10,244 nucleotides of DNA from a virus. Lineage: Duplodnaviria > Heunggongvirae > Uroviricota > Caudoviricetes. The stretch lies in the IMG/VR virus record IMGVR_UViG_3300012281_000038; one strand, 5' to 3'. The notes below the pieces were generated by a model, which was not told the origin of the DNA, ran no database searches, and saw only the letters and a program-made list of their open reading frames with translations. A program made the position numbers and the translations under genes. This document shows, in pieces, positions 1-6,859 of this stretch. Each line of letters starts with the position of its first letter. Within the stretch, counting starts at the first letter, position 1.

Positions 1-243
1 CCCTTGCAGTGCATATTCACCACGGAATCCGGGGGCGTACACCGCATGGCATTCAACAATGCTATGCCAGAAGTTACGCACTTCATGAACGCCAGCCAGC
101 ACCAATCCTTCGTAGATACCGAGATATACCGCATCAGGCTTGATGTAGTACGTGTGCCCCGGCTCAACAATATTTTCGGTATTGCCAGGCTCGTTGAGAA
201 AGGCCTGTAATCGCACAGGGTTATCAATAAATTTTAGTTCCAT
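1..243 (-). CDS. hypothetical protein, N-terminal 81 codons only (gene continues past the left edge of the window)
   Basis: ATG at 243-241 on the minus strand, then an open frame to position 1 (MELKFIDNPVRLQAFLNEPGNTENIVEPGHTYYIKPDAV...). It starts 17 nt after the stop of the 53-aa ORF. It is absent from the supplied ORF track because no stop lies inside the window. No family recognised. Confidence 0.45.
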   Translation of the reverse strand, partial: MELKFIDNPVRLQAFLNEPGNTENIVEPGHTYYIKPDAVYLGIYEGLVLAGVHEVRNFWHSIVECHAVYAPGFRGEYALQG

Positions 244-259
244 GCGATGCCATCCATTT

Positions 260-421
260 TCACATACAGCCTGCCAGCGCCTTATCTATTAACCCTCGTG
301 CAATTTCATGCAGAGTTGGCGCTACTCCAATTCCTGATTTTTTACGCTGCTCTTCCTGAATTTTCTTTATCGCTTCCATTTGCTTCTCACTTATCAATAC
401 CGGCTTTACTGAAATAGCCAT
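260..421 (-). CDS. small hypothetical protein (53 aa), possibly a small DNA-binding regulator (ribbon-helix-helix-like pattern is a guess)
   Basis: ATG 421-419 preceded by GGGGG four nt upstream; stop TGA 262-260. Translation MAISVKPVLISEKQMEAIKKIQEEQRKKSGIGVAPTLHEIARGLIDKALAGCM. Below the 60-aa cut-off of the ORF track. Sits directly behind a LexA-box-like operator and -10 element. Confidence 0.4.
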   Translation of the reverse strand: MAISVKPVLISEKQMEAIKKIQEEQRKKSGIGVAPTLHEIARGLIDKALAGCM

Positions 422-434
422 AACGCCCCCTTAG

Positions 435-460
435 AACTGTATAAAACAACAGTTATTATA
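435..460 (-). promoter_or_regulatory. candidate SOS-type operator: palindrome AACTGT-N8-ACAGTT (435-454) abutting a perfect TATAAT -10 hexamer (460-455, minus strand)
   Basis: The sequence AACTGTATAAAACAACAGTT contains the CTGT-N8-ACAG core of the LexA box consensus TACTGTATATATATACAGTA. It lies between the -10 hexamer and the RBS/ATG of the 53-aa ORF. No convincing -35 hexamer was found. Confidence 0.4.
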
Positions 461-513
461 GTTTCACAAATCGCAATATTCATCATCGTAATTGCAAAAT
501 ATGAAACAGATAG

Positions 514-549
514 CACAAAAAAATGCCACCGCTCAGTAGCTGGTGGCAT
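514..549 (-). terminator. rho-independent terminator (minus-strand orientation)
   Basis: Perfect 8-bp stem ATGCCACC (523-530) / GGTGGCAT (542-549) with an 11-nt loop, followed on the minus strand by TTTTTTGTG (A-run 517-522 on plus). Lies downstream of the primase and ori region and upstream of the small LexA-box unit. Confidence 0.6.
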
Positions 550-742
550 CGTTCTGTGTGTCAGGTTTTGACAGGTTTTTTATGGACTCTAAAAACTATA
601 TTTATGGTGTCGCATTACTCTTCACGGCAGGCGCTTTTCAGTTCTGCCCTTGCTTCTGGCTCCATTGGTAATTTGATTCGCGATCAGCTATGCGGATGGT
701 TTGCTGAACAGGTATAACAACTTCTCAGGGGCTGTTTTCTGA

Positions 743-819
743 ACTACGAAAATTTCGTAGTGCTCACTTTCAAAAACGTCACGCCCTTGTACACAGGATT
801 TTACGAAAGTCTCGTAAAA
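743..819. repeat. two palindromes sharing a TACGA / TCGTA core: ACTACGAAA-A-TTTCGTAGT (743-761) and TTTTACGA-aagtc-TCGTAAAA (799-819)
   Basis: Both palindromes verified base by base (9-bp arms with a 1-nt centre; 8-bp arms with a 5-nt spacer). They lie in the non-coding stretch between the terminator and the iteron array. Confidence 0.6.
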
Positions 820-869
820 CACTCTCTGATGCCAGCCAGGTGTTGTGCGCATCAATTCAGTCACATTGT

Positions 870-989
870 GTTGGTTCAAAATACCGTGCTGTTGGTTCAG
901 TGTTGGTTCAATAAAAAGAATAAAATCCTTATAAAACAATACTCTTTACAAATTGAACCAACTGAACCAACTGAACCAACTGAACCAAC
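870..989. repeat. iteron array, putative replication origin: 3 x GTTGGTTCA (870-878, 891-899, 902-910), an AT-rich spacer (911-953), then 4 perfect tandem copies of the reverse-complement 9-mer TGAACCAAC (954-989)
   Basis: Repeats read directly from the sequence. The array ends 25 nt before the stop codon of the primase-helicase gene (1015). Inverted iterons flanking an AT-rich core next to the replication gene is the usual architecture of satellite and plasmid origins. Confidence 0.55.
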
Positions 990-1014
990 ACCTTTTCTAC
1001 GCACATGAAGAAGC

Positions 1015-3727
1015 TCATTCTTCAGATGAGTTGTAATCTCCTGGCTGGTAATTGAGTACATAAACGTTTATTTGTCGTCCCTGAATACGTGGTGATTTTC
1101 TTTGGTATCCACGACCGCTGTTTGGTGGGGTTAGCATCCCGGCTTTTTTCAACACTTCAGCAAACTGTTTTGCGTTGAAACCACATGCGATCTCCTTTTC
1201 AAATGTGGCCGGGAATGTGTAGAAAATCATTGGGCTTTCGTCATGTTCTCCACGCTGACGGTATCCGGCTAAATCTTTGATGGGCAAATCTGCCGGGCTG
1301 TATGGAAATGGTGCAAAACGGCTAAGCCCATAGGCATTAAGAAATGCCTCCGTTTGTTCAATAATCTGCTGATGTTCTTTGTTACCTGTGCCGAACTCGC
1401 GCAACCATGCGTTATAGCTGTGCTGTATCGCATCACGGCATGTCTGAGCATCCCAGCCTGTTACAACCTCGCCTAACAGCAATGCGGCCTCCAGAATGGC
1501 AAATCGCGCGGCTACACGGTGAACCTGCTCACCATAATCGGATGGGATCAGACTTCTCCATCTGCTTTCGCAGTCACGAACAGTTTTAATTGCCTGTTGC
1601 TGGTGGTCTGCCAGCCATTTAATCCACTCACGCCCGGCTGCGCCGTGGTGATGCTGGTAAGCGTCTTTCAGTGCGTCTGCGTGCTGTTTTCCGTTCTGGT
1701 AATCGTGAAAGCGTACTGCTTTACTCAACGGAATATTCAGCAGTCGCACCAGTTGCCCGGCTTTGGTTTTTCGCCCGGAAGTAGCGATAAATGTTTCTAA
1801 ATCCATTTCTCCGGTGCTGATTGCCACTGTACGCCAGCGTTTTAGATCCCGGTTTCCACCATCTTTAGCGCCTTGCAGTTTCCCTACGCCGTTAAATAAC
1901 GCATAGGCAGACTGTGAAACACTGACAGGATCAGCGCCCTGACCAACTTCATCAAGCGGCATTAGTCCGTCATTGTGGGCGGCGGCTTCATTTGCCAGCC
2001 CCAGCGCGGTTCCGTACCACGTCAGCCGCAGTAAATCAGGGTTGCCGTATAAGCTGCTCGCCACGTTTGCCGTGGTGGTCTTACCTGCGCTCGACTGCTC
2101 ATAGAAATGAATGCCGAACCCGTCAGCGCCCACCAGCCTAATCAATGGCGCTGCCAGTGCTGCGCCGATCCCGGTCATCATTGAATAGTTACCAAAGGCC
2201 AGACGCGCCACGTTATCACGCCAGCTTTTCGCGCTCCCTGAGACGGTATATCCGGCTGCGGCTGAGCTTCTCCCGCTGAACAGCACAGGATTTTCAGGTG
2301 TTCCGATGATTTCCCCATCAGGCATGATGTACGCTCCGCATTGCCAGCCAGTGGCATGAGCAACACGCCACAATTCACGAGAGCCACTGCGTTGTAGCCA
2401 GTCTGCCAGTATTGCTCTGAGGCTGCTTTTGGTCGTGACATTTACCCCACCAGCTTTAAGTGTGCGCCATCCTTCACGTTCACCAATATCAGCCAGTGGA
2501 ATGGCAGCGGTTGTCGGCGTTTCAGAACCAAACGACAGCCAGCGAAGAATGAGATACTGGTCTTTATCGTCTCTGCCAGTACCGATAACGCTTAACGGAG
2601 AACATAACCAGCTTTCGTTATTGATGATTTCTCCACTCTGGCTGTCAGCTCTCGGAGATACCCAATAAATGCCATCCTCGCGGCTTTCTATTCTTGGTTT
2701 CAGTGGGTCGGTATCCATAACCTTAAAATCGCTTCCCTCAATGGTTTGTGGCTCCTGTTTCACGCCATTACCCTGTGGTTGGTACATTGACTTATTGAAC
2801 GCTTCTGTGGCGCATTTAATGCCGTGTTTTTGGTGGTAATCATTCCAGTCTGCTTTGTGATCTGTCGGGGGTAATGCCACCCATCCAGAAACAGATAAAG
2901 CTGCTTTTTCTGCTGCTATTCTCCCCGTGTTTTGTCTTCCTTCGCGGTGGTCGTTATCCGCAGCAATGATGATTTGTGCTGAAGGAAATTTATCCTGCAG
3001 TACCTGGGCGACATATAACAGGTTCCCGGCATCAATCGCCGCCACTGTCAGCGCCTCTGGACGCATTAAATGGGCAGATAATGCCGTTGCCAGCCCTTCT
3101 GCGATTAAGATGCTCTGTGTTGTTTCTGGTGNNNNNNNNNNCACCATGTGAGGTAATAGTCTGTGCTGCTGTTACTGCGCCGGATTTATCCACCAGCGCC
3201 AGCAACAGAGATCCATCGGGCAACACGGGGAATGTAAAATCACCTACCCCTTTCGCAACCAGATAATCAGATTTGCCGTTTACAGCCTTTCTGCGCATGT
3301 CATCAAACTGACGGGAAAACGTATCCCGTCTTTGTTGTTCGTCCTTCTCTTCCCTTTTCAGGCGCTCCTGTTCGCGTCGCTGGCGCTCGGTTTCCAGTTG
3401 TTCCCGTTTCTGGCTGGTGGCTTCTGGTGTTTCCGTTGTCCGGTAATCAATACCCAGAACATCAGCGGCAAGAAGCGCCGCCTCTGTTGTGTCGCAGTTA
3501 TTTACGCGTTTAATTAAATCCAGCCCATCACCAGCGCCGCACTGATTACAGATGAAGCTACCGCGCCCGTTGTCATCGAACCGGAATCGATCTTTGCCCC
3601 CACATGCAGGGCAGGGAGCATGACGGCGCGGAGAGTCAGGGACATTTATGTTCAGGCAGCCCAGCACATGAGGCCAGTTGTTTTCAGACGCACTGATAAC
3701 CTGACGGATAAGATCAATGTTTCGCAT
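1015..3727 (-). CDS. DNA primase-helicase: N-terminal zinc-ribbon, TOPRIM domain, C-terminal P-loop NTPase (D5/DUF5906-like); reading frame broken at the 10-N run 3132-3141
   Basis: Track ORFs 3032-3730 and 1015-3147 are two halves of one gene. The N-terminal half has CPACGG...CNQCG (zinc ribbon). The second half has the TOPRIM signature (IAEGLATALS ... IIIAADNDHREGRQ) and a Walker-A-like SSAGKTT. The likely start is ATG 3727-3725 (GTG at 3730 is the track start). The two halves are in different frames across the N run. Confidence 0.85.
3132..3141. other. run of 10 N (masked or unresolved bases) inside the primase gene
   Basis: Literal n characters. Flanking reading frames differ by one, so the true length is probably not 10, or the gene is frameshifted. 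Confidence 0.95.
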
Positions 3728-4085
3728 CACCGTACCCCACGTGGTCTATAGCGTTTGCGATATGGCTAACCAGCATCTGCCACTTGGTTATTCCGTAATC
3801 AGTCAGCATGCCATCATTGTTTAGCCACATATCAAATTCAGCGGTTGTCGCAAGTTTCCACTTATCGCCGTGGACAGTCCTCATTGCTGGGTACATGAAT
3901 GCGCAAATCAGATCACAAACATCTGACGGCTTCAGAGATGTAGTAATGGTGCGTCCCTCTGGCGTCTGAATTGCCATTTTCTCTTCACCAGTAGAATGAA
4001 GGTTATGAATCCACACAGCGCCAGCAATCTTTGCCACCTGCTCTCCGATTGCGGAGCTAAGCGCCATTTCTGCATTTTCACGCAT
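3714..4085 (-). CDS. hypothetical protein (123 aa)
   Basis: ATG 4085-4083 with GGGAGG five nt upstream; stop TGA 3716-3714, overlapping the primase start by 14 nt. No family recognised. Confidence 0.6.
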   Translation of the reverse strand: MRENAEMALSSAIGEQVAKIAGAVWIHNLHSTGEEKMAIQTPEGRTITTSLKPSDVCDLICAFMYPAMRTVHGDKWKLATTAEFDMWLNNDGMLTDYGITKWQMLVSHIANAIDHVGYGDAKH

Positions 4086-4346
4086 GAGAACCTCCCGCTA
4101 CAGTTGCGCCCATGTCATTAACCATGCTTTGCCATATCTCACGCCCGACGTCAGTCAATCCGTCCTTAGTGACGCAACGATCAAGAAGCTCTATCCCCAC
4201 GGTTTCCCACTGCGGGTAGAACACTTTCATGGCTGCCANNNNNNNNNNNNNNNNNNNNNNNNNNNNNNNNNNNNNNNNNNNNNNNNNNNNAGTGCCGACG
4301 CATACTTATTTGCCAGCGCATTCAGTCGGAAATTTTTAGTAATCAT
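4078..4346 (-). CDS. hypothetical small protein interrupted by a 52-N run (extent and frame uncertain)
   Basis: ATG 4346-4344 (MITKNFRLNALANKYASA...) with GGATGGAG upstream. Beyond the N run the open frame ...MKVFYPQWETVGIELLDRCVTKDGLTDVGREIWQSMVNDMGATVAGGSHA ends at TGA 4080-4078, overlapping the ATG of the 123-aa gene (ATGCGTGA). Frames on the two sides of the gap disagree if the N count is literal. Confidence 0.3.
4239..4290. other. run of 52 N (masked or unresolved bases)
   Basis: Literal n characters. Confidence 0.95.
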
Positions 4347-4356
4347 GGCTCCATCC

Positions 4357-4959
4357 TCAGTGCGTCACTGGTTCCGCTGGCATGCCGTTTTCATTCAGTT
4401 CAGCTATAAAGCTGTTGTGAAGTTCAGCAAGCGTTTCACGACCAAATGGAGTCAGTGCTCCTTGTTCCACATCCATCATGGCTCTGTAGAAAATGATGGC
4501 GCGTTCTGTGCCAGACTCGATGCCAAAACGTTCTATCATCGCGCCCTCAATGTTGTTTGCCATAGCGAGGCGCTCTGCTACTGGATACAGCGGCATGGCG
4601 ACGATGCCGTTGGAATAAACAGCCACTTCGGAAGGATTGCCAGTATCATCAATGATGCTGACAGTGCCGTTTTCCTCTCTCATTTCCAGCATGAATACTG
4701 TTGCGATCAGCCATCTCCACATAATGACGTTATGCTGTGATGTGTAATCGAAATATCCTTGGTTGCCGCCATCGGCAATAGCGAGATGTATTGACATACC
4801 TTCATCTGGTTTATCGTCATAATCCCCGGCATCCAGACGATTTACGGCATCAATATATGAAACGGCCTCAACGCGTTCTGTCATGCCATCGTTGCTGCGG
4901 TGCATGATGTTTACGCCGTCAGGCGTTGCTTCTGCATGGAAGGTTAAGAAATTATTCAT
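4357..4959 (-). CDS. hypothetical protein (about 200 aa)
   Basis: Preferred start ATG 4959-4957 (MNNFLTFHAEATPDG...) with GAGG seven nt upstream, overlapping the stop of the preceding 73-aa gene (ATGAATAA). The track extends the ORF to 5064 but that part overlaps the upstream gene. Stop TGA 4359-4357. Confidence 0.6.
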   Translation of the reverse strand: MNNFLTFHAEATPDGVNIMHRSNDGMTERVEAVSYIDAVNRLDAGDYDDKPDEGMSIHLAIADGGNQGYFDYTSQHNVIMWRWLIATVFMLEMREENGTVSIIDDTGNPSEVAVYSNGIVAMPLYPVAERLAMANNIEGAMIERFGIESGTERAIIFYRAMMDVEQGALTPFGRETLAELHNSFIAELNENGMPAEPVTH

Positions 4960-5173
4960 GTTTCGCCTCGCCTGAATGATTCTGTAACTCATATTTGCCC
5001 AACAATTCGTCTGCTTCCTGAATAGCTTCTGGTACGCCATTGAGCAGTGACATAACCGCGCCAATCATTAACTTGTCTCTGTTGCTGGGGCTGGCCCCTT
5101 CAAGCCAGAACCCTAAAACAGTCTGAACCTGTTCGATGCGACATTGCGCTTCAATGAGCTGGATGTTGGTCAT
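4952..5173 (-). CDS. hypothetical small protein (73 aa)
   Basis: ATG 5173-5171 with GGAGAG six nt upstream; stop TAA 4954-4952, overlapping the next start. Confidence 0.55.
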   Translation of the reverse strand: MTNIQLIEAQCRIEQVQTVLGFWLEGASPSNRDKLMIGAVMSLLNGVPEAIQEADELLGKYELQNHSGEAKHE

Positions 5174-5207
5174 TTCGCACTCTCCGCATCGATTAAACTG
5201 ATATCTA

Positions 5208-5432
5208 TCAGAGAGGTAACTTTTGTAGCCAGCTAGTGATTACTGTCGCCTGTTCCCCTCCCACCGATGGAAGAATCTCATTCATCACATGAACCAGACC
5301 TGTGCGCGCTCTGGTAAGCCGTTCAGTCGTGCGATCTGCAAGAGTGAATGTGTCTGGATATGGCTCTTCACGGCTCAGCAATGATTCAATTTCCAGCTCA
5401 CACGGATGACGATAAATTAAGTTGATATTCAT
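5208..5432 (-). CDS. hypothetical small protein (74 aa)
   Basis: ATG 5432-5430 overlaps the stop of the upstream gene (ATGA). Stop TGA 5210-5208. Confidence 0.55.
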   Translation of the reverse strand: MNINLIYRHPCELEIESLLSREEPYPDTFTLADRTTERLTRARTGLVHVMNEILPSVGGEQATVITSWLQKLPL

Positions 5433-5623
5433 TTTTCACCCCCAAGAATTACCAGCTCTGCACGAGCATCGTTAACCAAAGATGAGCACGCTTTAATCGC
5501 ATCCACGACATCAGCAGCGTCCATTTCTTCAGCCGAAAGACTGACAGCAACCAAGACAGCCGCTGCTTGCTCGATTAATTGAAGTGCGGACGTAAGTCGA
5601 GGGGCATTAATTGAGTTATTCAT
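5429..5623 (-). CDS. hypothetical small protein (64 aa, MNNSINAPRLTSALQLIEQ...)
   Basis: Preferred start ATG 5623-5621 preceded by GGGGG, overlapping the stop of the upstream ORF (ATGAATAA). The longer track ORF starting at 5680 overlaps the upstream frame. Confidence 0.5.
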   Translation of the reverse strand: MNNSINAPRLTSALQLIEQAAAVLVAVSLSAEEMDAADVVDAIKACSSLVNDARAELVILGGEK

Positions 5624-6683
5624 TGGTTGCCCCCGTTTTTCCTGGCATTTCGCCACCTTCCAGCAGGAAATGAACGTCACGAACGGCGAGATCCAATATC
5701 GCGAGTAACGCCTTCAGTTTTTCGTCTCGTGAGGGAGAGTTGCTCACCAGAATGTCATTAATCACTTCTGTCAGTGTGATGATCTGGCTTGTGCGTTCGA
5801 GGGGATCCATATGCACATCGTAGGTTTTAATCATGTGCCACCTCCATGCGGATACGACCAGCAAAAAAGCAGACGTGATCGCGCACCAGAGAACGGCGAG
5901 CATCGCGTTCAGACTCGGCAGCAATATGATGAATTTTGGCGGTAATTGTCGGGCAATCGCGGCGAACTGCGGCGATAATCCAGATAAATTGCGGTTTTTG
6001 GGTAGGGGTAGTAGCCAGCATGTGGCAGCCTCCTTGTACTGGGAATTCTTCCCACCACCGGAGCTGCGAAACTCGCTGGTGGTGGACTGAACAGAGTTCG
6101 CAGTACCGGCGTACAAGGAAACCGGCCAGCCTTTCGGCTGCCCTGTCCAGCCCACCATAATTTTGCAAGCGACGCGGATTATAACCACATCACTGAAAAA
6201 AGTGTGAGTCTGGCTAACGGCACAAAAAAAGACGCTCGGCGCGTCATGTGTCGCCTCGTACATTTCCGGGCTGCGAAACCCGGCACCCGTTTTATGAGGT
6301 GCCTTATAACCATAAACCGTGTTGCCGCATAACGACAAGCTCTTTTTTATGGACTCCGAAAACTCACTATTGGAAGCACCAGATGCACAATACATCGCGC
6401 TCATTTCGTTAACGTCGCGCGTGTGGACGAAGGTTTTTGTGGAGCCACTACGCGAGCAGAGAAAGCCATCTACGACCAGAAATTCTCTGGCGCAGCCGCT
6501 GACCCTCTCAACGATAACACCATCGACCGTAATTTCTGACATAGTTAAGGCATCCGCTCCTACCACCAGCAAATGATAAACTTTGCTTGCATCTGCTGTA
6601 TTAATGCCTGATTTTGCTGTCATATTGCTGGATTTTTGCCACATACCAGCCAGTGAAAATATCTTCTTCTGGGCGGTTAGCAT
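5616..6683 (-). CDS. 355-aa open frame of doubtful integrity: good start signals, but the middle contains hairpins and T-runs and may be non-coding or a structured RNA; an internal start would give a 72-aa C-terminal product (5616-5834)
   Basis: ATG 6683-6681 with GGAGG seven nt upstream and the same ATGNNNTAA overlap with the preceding gene as elsewhere in the operon. The frame stays open for 355 codons. The central part is low-complexity and carries a terminator-like hairpin with T-run (6224-6245) and two hairpins sharing the 10-mer GCTGCGAAAC. An internal GGAGG + ATG (5834-5832) precedes a well-formed C-terminal segment MIKTYDVHMDPLERTSQ... Confidence 0.35.
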   Translation of the reverse strand: MLTAQKKIFSLAGMWQKSSNMTAKSGINTADASKVYHLLVVGADALTMSEITVDGVIVERVSGCAREFLVVDGFLCSRSGSTKTFVHTRDVNEMSAMYCASGASNSEFSESIKKSLSLCGNTVYGYKAPHKTGAGFRSPEMYEATHDAPSVFFCAVSQTHTFFSDVVIIRVACKIMVGWTGQPKGWPVSLYAGTANSVQSTTSEFRSSGGGKNSQYKEAATCWLLPLPKNRNLSGLSPQFAAIARQLPPKFIILLPSLNAMLAVLWCAITSAFLLVVSAWRWHMIKTYDVHMDPLERTSQIITLTEVINDILVSNSPSRDEKLKALLAILDLAVRDVHFLLEGGEMPGKTGATNE

Positions 6684-6859
6684 TTGTTAACCTCCGCGAA
6701 CTCCTTCATGAAACGTGCCAGCGGTTGTACGCATGGCGATTGATACCCGTCGCGATAAAACGTCACTCGGTTGTGAGACACGCTTTCGACAGTAACGAGT
6801 GCTCCGTGGGCATCTTTGTAGCGTTTTTGAGGTTGTGGTGTTCCTGTCGGCTTAAACAT
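6677..6859 (-). CDS. hypothetical small protein (60 aa)
   Basis: ATG 6859-6857 with GGAGG eight nt upstream, overlapping the stop of the antirepressor gene (ATGTTTAA). Stop TAA 6679-6677. Confidence 0.5.
   Translation of the reverse strand: MFKPTGTPQPQKRYKDAHGALVTVESVSHNRVTFYRDGYQSPCVQPLARFMKEFAEVNKC

Noticed and set aside
4-210. Plus-strand 68-aa ORF at the left edge
   Set aside because: Antisense to the minus-strand gene that starts at ATG 243-241 and follows the 53-aa ORF in the same orientation; no RBS.
688-939. Minus-strand 83-aa ORF between the terminator and the iterons
   Set aside because: It overlaps the palindromes and iterons, has no RBS and no recognisable motif; the region is better explained as an origin.
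954-989. Tandem 9-bp repeats considered as a CRISPR array
   Set aside because: Repeat unit is only 9 bp with no spacers and no cas genes; the inverted copies upstream fit iterons of an origin instead.
760-1008. Plus-strand ORF (82 aa) ending in EPTEPTEPTEPT
   Set aside because: The repetitive peptide is just the translation of the four tandem TGAACCAAC iterons; no RBS, and it lies in the ori-like non-coding region.
1269-3517. Several 60-96-aa ORFs on both strands inside the primase gene (1269-1451, 1407-1589, 1519-1800, 2178-2441, 2429-2668, 2927-3151, 2976-3266, 3332-3517)
   Set aside because: All are embedded in, or antisense to, the primase-helicase coding frame, which has recognisable domains; none has start signals or recognisable motifs.
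4084-4740. Plus-strand ORF of 218 aa
   Set aside because: It reads through the 52-N run and is antisense to well-supported minus-strand genes with RBS and coupled starts; it is an artefact of the masked bases.
5827-6168. 113-aa minus-strand ORF in an alternative frame
   Set aside because: It starts at TTG with no RBS and overlaps the 355-aa frame; more likely a consequence of GC-rich, stop-poor sequence than a gene. The region is itself flagged as possibly non-coding.
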